Positions 8,648 through 15,861 of a stretch of 38,156 bases of DNA are shown one piece after another. Numbering within the stretch: the first letter of the stretch is position 1; every line of letters begins with the position of its first letter. The position numbers and the translations under genes were made by a program. Origin of the DNA: Candidatus Nanohalarchaeota archaeon (GTDB lineage: Archaea > EX4484-52 > B79-G9); the NCBI GenBank assembly GCA_003660865.1, contig QMVA01000002.1, positions 1 through 38,156 on the forward strand, read 5' to 3'. The notes beneath the pieces are model-generated. The model saw nothing but the letters and a program-made list of their open reading frames with translations. It was not told where the DNA came from and did no database searches.

Positions 8648-9239
8648 TTAGATCATCATTAATTGCGCCGAAGGGGCATACGAGGATACATGCTCTGCAT
8701 TCTATGCATTTCTCTCTGTCGAATTCTATTTCCATTGTTTTTTTATCTGGTATGTGGAGGGCGCCTGTGGGACAGTGGGCGATGCAGAGGCTGCATTGTG
8801 TGCATTTGTTTTTGTTTAGCTGTGTGCCTGTTTTGAATGTGTTTACTTTTATTCCCCGGGATTTCAGGTAGGTGATTGAGTCTTCTATGTTTTTTTCTTT
8901 TCCTTCAAGTTCTATTATCATGAATCCGATTTGCTTTTCTGTGATGTTTGCGCGGAGGATGTTTGGGATTACGTTGTAGTGTTTTATGATGTAGTATATG
9001 CTGGGGTCTTTTATTCTTTTTTTCGGGTAGCGAAGCTGGAATTTTTTTGTTTTTAAGTTATTGGGGGTGTTGGTGTTATATTGTATCTTGTCTTGTGTAT
9101 CTGTGTTATTATTATCATTATTATTATTATTCATATCCCCCTTGGTGTTTGGTGGTGTCCATCCTCGAGCCCCCACCCTCCCATCTTTAGAGTTATTAGG
9201 ATGTTTTGTTTCTTTGTCTTGTTCTTTTTTGGCTGTCAT
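8622..9239 (-). CDS. NIL-domain + 2x[4Fe-4S] ferredoxin protein (MA1822-type) with an N-rich N-terminal extension
   Basis: NIL-like segment PSIYYIIKHYNVIPNILRANITEKQIGFMIIELEG is followed by CTQCSLCIAHCP and CIECRACILVCP. The start is either M1 (9239) or M36 (9134). The N-terminus contains an (AAT)n-encoded Asn tract. Confidence 0.75.
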   Translation of the reverse strand: MTAKKEQDKETKHPNNSKDGRVGARGWTPPNTKGDMNNNNNDNNNTDTQDKIQYNTNTPNNLKTKKFQLRYPKKRIKDPSIYYIIKHYNVIPNILRANITEKQIGFMIIELEGKEKNIEDSITYLKSRGIKVNTFKTGTQLNKNKCTQCSLCIAHCPTGALHIPDKKTMEIEFDREKCIECRACILVCPFGAINDDLNGNPDTDI

Positions 9240-9253
9240 TTTTTGTCATCTGT

Positions 9254-10453
9254 TTACTGTTTTTTGTTGTCTCTTATTTCCAGTTGTTTGAATGGCTGGT
9301 TTTGTGGGAGTTTCTCGTAGGGTTCGTTGAGTGTGAATTTACCTGTTTGTATTTCTTTTTTTAGGATGGATGCGATTTTTTTGGCTTTCGGGTAGCTTGA
9401 CATTGAGCTTGTTTTTACTTTTTTGTTGTTTATCCTGATTTGTCCTGATTTCAGTTGTTTGTAGTTGACTTTTGCTATTGTGTTTGATAGTCTTTTTGGG
9501 TAGTCGCTGCTGTAGTCTATTATGGGTGCGTATATATCTTCGTCTTTTACGCAGGTGCTTTTTAGGATTTCTTTGTTCAGTATTGGGATTGGGATGCCTA
9601 TTCCGAGTGCGAGGCTTGCGCCGTAGCCTTTTATGCTTGCGCCGCGTACGAATTCGCTGTCCATCTGTTTCATGTCTGCTGTTAGTGCCAGTGTGGCTGC
9701 GCCTTCTTCGGGTACGTTGTTTTTTGTTCTTTTGCAGTCGGTTGTGTGCTGTGTGCCTTGGGAGTAGATGTGGCCTGGTGCGCCTGCGAGCCAAACTTTT
9801 GTGCCGATGCCGATTGTTTTGCATAGGGGGTCGTTTAGGAGGGGGCTTAGCTGGCCTGCTGATGAGTATGTTGCGTTTTGCATGTTGGGTTTGAGGGCGC
9901 CCATGTATGTGTAGATGGTGTGTTCTTTGTGGGCGTTTACTGCTACATTGTAGTTTTGGTAGCAGTTTCTTGGGTTTACCATGGTTGCCTGGTTGAGGGT
10001 GTTTATGTTTATCATTGTCCTTAGTTCCCGTCTGGGGTATTCGTCTGTTGCGTAGGATAAAGCGAAGAGTTGTACATCTTTTCCGCTTACCAGGTCTTCT
10101 ATTACGTGGCCGCCGCCGTATTTGAATTCGCCTGGAAAGTACCTGTTTCCAGGGTCGTTGTGCTGGAGTTCTGTTGCGCCGAGGTATGCGTCTACTGCTG
10201 CGATTCCTGTGTATATGCGTACGTCGTTTAGCCATGCTTCTGTCATTCTTATTTTTGGTTTGGAGTGTCCGAAGTTCAGGAAGCAGCCGGATGAGCACAT
10301 TGTGCCGAAGGTTGCTGTGGTTACTATGTCTATGTTTTTGTATGCTTCGTCTATGCCTTCTTTTTCTACTATGTCGATGATTTCTTCTGCGGTGACTACG
10401 ACTGCTTGTCCTTTTTTTATTTTTTCGTTGAGTTCCTGATAGGTTTTTGGCAT
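9254..10453 (-). CDS. COG1900 (DUF39) homocysteine-biosynthesis-type protein (MA1821-type, without CBS domains)
   Basis: Full-length match to the COG1900 pattern (VVTAEE...DIVTTATFG.MCSSG...FNFGH..P.I.....LN.V..Y.G.AAVD.YLGAT...YGGGHVIEDLV.GK). It sits directly upstream of the NIL-ferredoxin gene. Confidence 0.8.
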   Translation of the reverse strand: MPKTYQELNEKIKKGQAVVVTAEEIIDIVEKEGIDEAYKNIDIVTTATFGTMCSSGCFLNFGHSKPKIRMTEAWLNDVRIYTGIAAVDAYLGATELQHNDPGNRYFPGEFKYGGGHVIEDLVSGKDVQLFALSYATDEYPRRELRTMININTLNQATMVNPRNCYQNYNVAVNAHKEHTIYTYMGALKPNMQNATYSSAGQLSPLLNDPLCKTIGIGTKVWLAGAPGHIYSQGTQHTTDCKRTKNNVPEEGAATLALTADMKQMDSEFVRGASIKGYGASLALGIGIPIPILNKEILKSTCVKDEDIYAPIIDYSSDYPKRLSNTIAKVNYKQLKSGQIRINNKKVKTSSMSSYPKAKKIASILKKEIQTGKFTLNEPYEKLPQNQPFKQLEIRDNKKQ

Positions 10454-10506
10454 GTGTTGTCTTTTGGGGGTTTATCTTTATTTGTTTTTGCGAGGGTTGT
10501 AGTAGA

Positions 10507-10514
10507 TTAATATT
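10507..10514 (+). promoter_or_regulatory. TATA box (TTAATATT) for the macro-domain gene
   Basis: Centre lies about 28 nt upstream of the ATG at 10539 with no SD, implying a leaderless mRNA. Confidence 0.4.
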
Positions 10515-10538
10515 TTTTTGGGTTTATATTGGTCTTTT

Positions 10539-11033
10539 ATGGGTGGAGTTTCTGTTGTTTCGGGGGATATTTGCGCGCTTAATGTTGATGCTATTGTTAA
10601 TCCTGCCAACTCTTCAGGTTCGATGGGCGGCGGGGTTGCGCTTACTATCAGGAGGAAAGGGGGGCAGATTATTGAGGATGAGGCGATGGCGCATGCGCCT
10701 GTTGCTGTCGGGTCTGCTGTTTTGACTACTGCGGGTCGGTTGCCTTGCCGGTTTGTGATTCATGCGCCTACTATGGTTGGTCCTGCTGAGAGGGTTGGTG
10801 TTGGGAATGTGCGTCGGGCTGTTTTGGCGGCGCTTGAGTTGGCTCGCGAGAAGGGGATTTTTGAGGTTGCGTTTCCGGGAATGGGTACGGGTGTCGGCGG
10901 GGTGGATAAGGGGGAGGCTGCGCATGTGATGGTTTGTGAGATTCTTGATTTTGTTTCGAAGAATGAGGGCTTCCGGGTGGTTTTAGTTGGTTTTGACGAG
11001 GAGTTGTATGAGTGTTTTTTGGGTGAGCTGTAG
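10539..11033 (+). CDS. macro domain protein (ADP-ribose binding / deacylase type, Af1521-like)
   Basis: GDICALNVDAIVNPANSSGSMGGGVA...VIHAPT...AFPGMGTGVGG are the canonical macro-domain motifs. G/T third positions fit a plus-strand gene. Confidence 0.85.
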   Translation: MGGVSVVSGDICALNVDAIVNPANSSGSMGGGVALTIRRKGGQIIEDEAMAHAPVAVGSAVLTTAGRLPCRFVIHAPTMVGPAERVGVGNVRRAVLAALELAREKGIFEVAFPGMGTGVGGVDKGEAAHVMVCEILDFVSKNEGFRVVLVGFDEELYECFLGEL

Positions 11034-11072
11034 TAAGGTTTTTCTGTGCATAATTTGATGTGTGTCTTTTTA

Positions 11073-11112
11073 GTGTCCATGTTTTTGGACAGGTGTCCAG
11101 TTATGTGGACAT
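11073..11112. repeat. two tandem 20-nt hairpin units (GTGTCCA-N6-TGGACA, twice) between convergent genes
   Basis: TGTCCA at 11074 and 11094, TGGACA at 11086 and 11106. The middle pair also forms the palindrome TGGACA-GG-TGTCCA. A TATTTTG follows on the plus strand. Confidence 0.6.
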
Positions 11113-11130
11113 GTATTTTGTCTGTGTTGG

Positions 11131-11583
11131 TTAGAGTGTTTCCAGTGTGTCGCCTTGTTTTATTGTGCCGCCTTTTATGACTTTTACAAATATGCCTTCT
11201 TTTGGCATGACGCATTCGCCAAGTTCCTGGAAGATCTTGCAGCTGGCATGGCATGTTTTTCCGATCTTTGAGACTTCGAGGATTACTTCGGTTCCTGCTT
11301 TTAGTTTGTCGCCGATTTTTAGTTGTTTCAGGTCTATATCTTTGGTTGTTATGTTTTCTGCGAAGTCGCCGGGGTTTAGGGTGATTTGTTTTTGTTTGAT
11401 TTTTGCGCTTTCTTTCATGCGGTCTATGCTTTCCTGTGCAAGGAGGCTGATTTGTCTTATTTCTGCGCCGGCGTGGGCGTCTGATTCAAGGCCGAAGTTC
11501 TCTATTGCCTTTGCCTGCTTTACAGGGGCTTTTGTTATGTGCTTGCTTGTGCTTGTGTTGATTGAGTGTATTTTTCCTTTCAT
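11131..11583 (-). CDS. MOSC domain protein (150 aa)
   Basis: Stand-alone MOSC pattern: G...D.H......RQISLL..ESI......L.PG.F.ENI...IDL..L.IGD.L..G..V.LEV....K.C.. Confidence 0.75.
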   Translation of the reverse strand: MKGKIHSINTSTSKHITKAPVKQAKAIENFGLESDAHAGAEIRQISLLAQESIDRMKESAKIKQKQITLNPGDFAENITTKDIDLKQLKIGDKLKAGTEVILEVSKIGKTCHASCKIFQELGECVMPKEGIFVKVIKGGTIKQGDTLETL

Positions 11584-11611
11584 TTTTGGTGCACCATTCG
11601 TTTTCTGGATT

Positions 11612-12208
11612 TTATGGGATTGTTATCTTTTTATGTTGGTGTGTTGTCCATATCTTTTTTAGCTGGGTTATGGCAATGTCGATTCTTGGGAGTGTTGATG
11701 ATATATGTGTTTGTCCGTTGGGTGTTTTTAGCATGTGTTTTGTTGTTTTGATGGGGTATAGTTTGCCTGAGGTTGCTTTGTTTATGACGTCCTGTTTTGT
11801 CAGTTTGCGGCTGTTCCATGAGTCGAGGATGATTTCGCTGTCCATGTAGTTTACGTAGAATACGGGGATGTTCTGGATTTTCAGGTTTTTGAAGACGTTG
11901 TGCCTGTGGTGGCCGTCAAGGATTATGTTTGTTTTTTTGTCTGCTACTATTGGGTATTTTATGCCTTGTTCAATTATGCTTTTTTTTACTTCGTGTATTT
12001 TTTTCGGGTCTGTGTGCTCGTGGGGTTTTAGGTTGTTTGTGTTGGTTAGTTTTATGATGTATGGCAACCTTGTAAAAGGTTGATCATTAGGTGCGTTTCG
12101 CTTCCGCTCAAGCGCACGAAGGTAATTTTCTATTTTGTCCTTTTTCGAGTCTAAAATCACCAGATTCGTGGTTCCTTTTGCTTTCCTATAGGCTGCACCG
12201 GTAGCCAC
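11612..12208 (-). CDS. ParB/Srx-fold domain protein (DGHHR motif)
   Basis: LKPHEHTDPKKIHEVKKSIIEQGIKYPIVADKKTNIILDGHHRHNVFKNLKIQNIPVFYV is a ParB N-terminal/sulfiredoxin-fold signature. The 5' end is uncertain: GTG at 12208, an internal TTG at the RLPY position, or an out-of-frame SD+ATG at 12233. Confidence 0.65.
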   Translation of the reverse strand: MATGAAYRKAKGTTNLVILDSKKDKIENYLRALERKRNAPNDQPFTRLPYIIKLTNTNNLKPHEHTDPKKIHEVKKSIIEQGIKYPIVADKKTNIILDGHHRHNVFKNLKIQNIPVFYVNYMDSEIILDSWNSRKLTKQDVINKATSGKLYPIKTTKHMLKTPNGQTHISSTLPRIDIAITQLKKIWTTHQHKKITIP

Positions 12209-12542
12209 CCATGTTTGTTTTTGTTTCGTTCATTTTATTGCCTCCATTTGAGTGTTTTTTTCTATGCTTCTGAGTTGTAGCTCTTGTGAGTTTGTCCTGT
12301 TGGAACTAAGTTTTGTTTTTTTGGTTGTGCTTAGTGGGTTATTGGGATTATAGAGAAGTAATGGTTCTTTTTCATTTGTTGATGCAAACACGTTCACCAG
12401 TCATTAGACTCACCGTTATGTAGTTAATTTATGTGGGCTAAGGTTTATATATCTTGTGATTGGGGTTTTTGGTCTGTGTTTGTAGATGTGGATGGTTTGG
12501 TTATACTTGAGTGGAATCTGGTTTTAGATTTTATGTTATGGG

Positions 12543-13907
12543 TCAGATTTTGGTTTCTTTTTTCCATGAGCCTGTTTTGAACCATGCAAGGGATATGATT
12601 GATGTCATGGCGGCTGCGATTACGAAGGACCACCAGATGCCGGTCAGGCCCATGGCTTTTGTGAATGCAAGGTAATATGCGATGGGTATGCAAAATATGA
12701 ATAAGCGTATCATTGTCAATACTAGTTGAGGGGTGCCTTTTCCTGTGCCCTGGAATGCTGATGCTATTATCATGCCTGTGGGGATGAATATTAGTTCTAT
12801 GGGTACTATTTTGAGGAATTCTGATCCCAGAGATATGACTGTCTTGTCGTCTGTGAAGAGTGTCATGAATTGGTTTCTGAAGGTGATCAGTATTATTGCG
12901 GTTGGTATCATGAAGGTGGTGAGGAGTTTGATTGCTGTTTTTACTGTGGTTTCTATGCGGTCGTATTTTTTTAGTCCTGCGTTTTGGCCGACTATGGTGA
13001 TTACGGCTGTGGCGATGGCGATAGAGGGTAGTATTCCTATTGTCTGGAGCTTGTTTGCTGCGCCGAAGGCAGCTATTGCAGGGGTTCCGAATTTTGCTAC
13101 GAAGGATGTGAGGATGAAGAATGCAATGGACATGCTGATTTGTGATAGTGATGAAGGGATGCCTACTTTTAGTATGTTTTTGATTATTTTGGGCAGGTAG
13201 TTGAATCCTCTGATGATGGGTGTGACTTTTGCTCTTTTTTTGATGAAGTGGTGTAATATGAGGAGCAGGCCGAATAATCTGGAGATTACTGTTGCTATTG
13301 CAGCGCCTTCTATGCCTAATGGGGGTATTATCCAGTATCCGAATATCAGTATGGGGTCGAGTATTATGTTTAGTGATACGGATATCACTAGTGCTTTCAT
13401 GGGTGTTAGTGTGTCTCCTTCGCCGTGTAATATTGAGTTTAGGATGAATACTGTGAGTATTATGATGAAGTTGTAGATTATTATTGTCATGTAGCTTTTT
13501 GCTAGTGATATTACGGCTGTTTCTGCGCCCATGAATGTGAAGATTTGTTCTATGTAATATAGACCCAGCGCTGTTGTGACTATGCTTATTATTGCTGAGA
13601 GGATTAGTCCGTGGGTTGCTGATTGTCTTGCGTCCATGATCTGGTTTTTGCCGATGTATCGTGCTATGAGGGATGTCACTCCTATGCCTATTCCTGCGCC
13701 TATTGCGATTATGAAGAAGATTACGGGGAATGTGATGCTTATGGCGGCGAGGGCGTCTGCGCTGAGCCTGCCGAGAAAGATGGCGTCTATTATGTTGAAG
13801 GCTGTCTGTAGTGCCATTGAGATTATTACCGGTGTTGAGAGGGCTATCAGTGTGCTTTTTATGTTGCCGTTTGTTATGTCTATGTTTTCTTTAGAAAATC
13901 TTTTCAT
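12543..13907 (-). CDS. MATE family efflux transporter
   Basis: 454 aa with about 12 TM. N-terminal pattern TPVIISMALQTAFNIIDAIFLGRLSADALAAISITFP is typical of MATE/NorM. A T-rich TATA-like box lies about 25 nt upstream. Confidence 0.85.
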   Translation of the reverse strand: MKRFSKENIDITNGNIKSTLIALSTPVIISMALQTAFNIIDAIFLGRLSADALAAISITFPVIFFIIAIGAGIGIGVTSLIARYIGKNQIMDARQSATHGLILSAIISIVTTALGLYYIEQIFTFMGAETAVISLAKSYMTIIIYNFIIILTVFILNSILHGEGDTLTPMKALVISVSLNIILDPILIFGYWIIPPLGIEGAAIATVISRLFGLLLILHHFIKKRAKVTPIIRGFNYLPKIIKNILKVGIPSSLSQISMSIAFFILTSFVAKFGTPAIAAFGAANKLQTIGILPSIAIATAVITIVGQNAGLKKYDRIETTVKTAIKLLTTFMIPTAIILITFRNQFMTLFTDDKTVISLGSEFLKIVPIELIFIPTGMIIASAFQGTGKGTPQLVLTMIRLFIFCIPIAYYLAFTKAMGLTGIWWSFVIAAAMTSIISLAWFKTGSWKKETKI

Positions 13908-13970
13908 CTGTTTTTTTGGTGTGTAACCTATAAAAAAGGGTTTTTATGGCTTTGGCTATAGTGTTGATGT

Positions 13971-14000
13971 AAAAAGTAAAAAATGAGAAAGAGTAAAAAA
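13971..14000 (-). terminator. triple oligo-T terminator after rps7
   Basis: Plus-strand A5, A6 and A6 runs (T5/T6/T6 on the minus strand) lie 20-50 nt after the S7 stop. Such A-runs are otherwise scarce on the plus strand. Confidence 0.5.
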
Positions 14001-14018
14001 GAATAAAGATTGGGGCAT

Positions 14019-14678
14019 TTATCTTGCGCCTGTGGCTTCTTTGTCTCTTCTTGTCTTTTCCTGTATTGCGAAGCTTGCAGGATCGCTTTTGTAGGCTGAG
14101 AGTATTTCGTTTGAGAGTCCTTGTGCGGCGCTTTTTTTCTTTTTTACGGTTCTTTGGTATGAGCCTTGCGCGATGTGTTTCAGTGCAAGGTCTACTCTTC
14201 TTTGGGGAGCTGTTACTACGGATTCTCTTGCGAATATGCCGCCTCTCTGGTATGTCAGGACTTCTTCTAGCGGGGCGGAGTTTTCTATAGCTCTTATGAG
14301 AACTTCAACTGGGTTTTTTTCGGTTTTTTCTTCGATTATGTTGAATGCCTCTATTAGTATTTTTGTTGTTTTTGTTGTGGTGCCGACGTTGTGGCCGCTT
14401 GAGAATTTGTGTTTTTTGCCGCGGTGACCTGCGACGAACATCTTGTTTATGAGGCGTTCTGTGATGTTTAGTTTTGATTTGTGGAACTGATTTTTTGCGT
14501 GTCTTCCGCCGCTTTTTGGGACTATTACTGGGCTTAGGTTTATGTAGTTTACGAGTCCGGGGTCTGAGACTTTTATGTTTTCTGTGCTCCATGTGTTGAA
14601 TAGTTTTATTTTAGAGGATTTTTGTTTTGTTTCTGCTATGTGCTTTATTTCAGAGGGTTTTTGTTTTGTTTCTGTCAT
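14019..14678 (-). CDS. rps7: 30S ribosomal protein S7 (uS7) with a duplicated N-terminal extension
   Basis: KLFNTWSTENIKVSDPGLVNYINL...GGRHAKNQFHKSKLNITERLINK...RAIENSAPLEEV...RRVDLALKHI is archaeal S7. A GATGAT SD-like motif precedes the ATG. Confidence 0.95.
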   Translation of the reverse strand: MTETKQKPSEIKHIAETKQKSSKIKLFNTWSTENIKVSDPGLVNYINLSPVIVPKSGGRHAKNQFHKSKLNITERLINKMFVAGHRGKKHKFSSGHNVGTTTKTTKILIEAFNIIEEKTEKNPVEVLIRAIENSAPLEEVLTYQRGGIFARESVVTAPQRRVDLALKHIAQGSYQRTVKKKKSAAQGLSNEILSAYKSDPASFAIQEKTRRDKEATGAR

Positions 14679-14687
14679 GTTATCATC

Positions 14688-15116
14688 TTATTTGCTTGGT
14701 CTTTTTTTTGTGCCTTTTATGAGTTCGTTCAGTGATATACCGTTTACCTGTGTAACTTTCCATTTTACTGATGGAAGCGATCCTTTTGGACCGGATTCTG
14801 AGCCGCCGATTCCTTCAAGTAGGACTTCGTCGTGTTCCTGAACGTGGTTGATGGCACCTGTCAGAGGGCAGAATGCGGTGATTTGTTTACTGTTTTTGAT
14901 TAGCTGTACTCTTACGCATTTTAGCATGCCTGAGTGGGGCTGTTTTGCTTCAAGCTGCCTTTTTTCAAGAACTATGCCTTTTGCCTGTGCTGAGCCTTCC
15001 AGAGGATCTGTTTTTTCTTTGAGGCGCAGGGTCTTTCTTGCGAAGTCTATAGATTTCCATCTTTTCTTGAGCCTGTTTTTTTTGAGGTTTCTTCCTGCGT
15101 ATAGTCCACCTGACAT
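14688..15116 (-). CDS. rps12: 30S ribosomal protein S12 (uS12)
   Basis: DPLEGSAQAKGIVLEKRQLEAKQPHSGMLKCVRVQLIKN.KQITAFCP..GAINHVQEHDEVLLEG is canonical. GGTGA lies 6 nt before the ATG. Confidence 0.96.
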   Translation of the reverse strand: MSGGLYAGRNLKKNRLKKRWKSIDFARKTLRLKEKTDPLEGSAQAKGIVLEKRQLEAKQPHSGMLKCVRVQLIKNSKQITAFCPLTGAINHVQEHDEVLLEGIGGSESGPKGSLPSVKWKVTQVNGISLNELIKGTKKRPSK

Positions 15117-15129
15117 TTTTGTTTCACCG

Positions 15130-15549
15130 TTATTCTATTTTTATGTTATCAATATTGAATTGTCTTTTTAAAAAGATTTTGATTATGTTTATGTTTTTGC
15201 CGCCTCTGCCTATTAGCAGACCTTTGTTTCTTTTTTCTGTTTCGATGGTTATTGTCTTTTGTTGGTTGTTTTCGATTAGGGTTATTTTTTTTGCCGGGAT
15301 AGGCAGCATGTTTTTTGTGAATTCTTCTGCGTTCTCTGTGTGCTTGTATATTATTATGTTCTGGTTCATTTTTTTTTGGAGTTTTTTTATTTCTATGCCG
15401 TTTTTGCCGATCAGGTTTTTGAAGTTGTTTGTTTTTACTACGAAATATAGTGTGTTATTTTCGTTTGCGTAGTCAACAACGTGTGTTCTTGTGATTTTTT
15501 CGAATATTGTGATGTTTATTATGTCATCGTTTGTGTATTTTATTGGCAT
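15130..15549 (-). CDS. nusA: archaeal NusA-like KH-domain protein
   Basis: Two KH GXXG motifs (IGKNGIEIKKL, IGRGGKNINII). Conserved position between L30e and S12. Start moved to the ATG at 15549, downstream of the L30e stop. Confidence 0.85.
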   Translation of the reverse strand: MPIKYTNDDIINITIFEKITRTHVVDYANENNTLYFVVKTNNFKNLIGKNGIEIKKLQKKMNQNIIIYKHTENAEEFTKNMLPIPAKKITLIENNQQKTITIETEKRNKGLLIGRGGKNINIIKIFLKRQFNIDNIKIE

Positions 15550-15575
15550 TAGATTCACGCATGATGGTAGCTGTT

Positions 15576-15839
15576 TTATTTTTTGAGGCCTAGTACTACA
15601 ATTGAAAATGGCTTTCTTGCGCATGCGCCTAATTCGATGCTTGTGCCGTTGAATAAGTGTATTTTTGATTTTGAGAGTTTTGCTGCGTTTTCTATGTCGC
15701 GCCGGATGTTTTTTGGGCAGTTTGTGGCGATTATGGCGGAGTCCAGTTTGTTCTGATTCAGGTATTTTAGGGTTGTGTCTGTGCCGATTGTTATTTTGCC
15801 TGAGTCTATTGCGTTTTTGATTGTTTTTGTTATGTCCAT
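15576..15839 (-). CDS. rpl30e: 50S ribosomal protein L30e (eL30)
   Basis: KNAIDSGKITIGTDTTLKYL...AIIATNCP.....IE..A.LSK..I..F.GTS.ELG.ACRKPF is typical L30e. The ATG at 15839 follows GGTG; an alternative ATG is at 15851. Confidence 0.9.
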   Translation of the reverse strand: MDITKTIKNAIDSGKITIGTDTTLKYLNQNKLDSAIIATNCPKNIRRDIENAAKLSKSKIHLFNGTSIELGACARKPFSIVVLGLKK

Positions 15840-15861
15840 TGTTAGCACCATTTATGTTTTT

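Noticed and set aside
9339-10298. A 319-aa R/K/H/P-rich ORF on the minus strand overlapping the COG1900 gene in another frame. Similar cases are at 21497-22216, 25245-25730, 10760-11254, 30567-30830 and 31938-32459.
   Set aside because: The minus strand is very T-poor, so TAA/TAG/TGA are rare in all three frames. The translations are low-complexity (R, K, H, P, N, T, Q). Each overlaps a well-supported gene.
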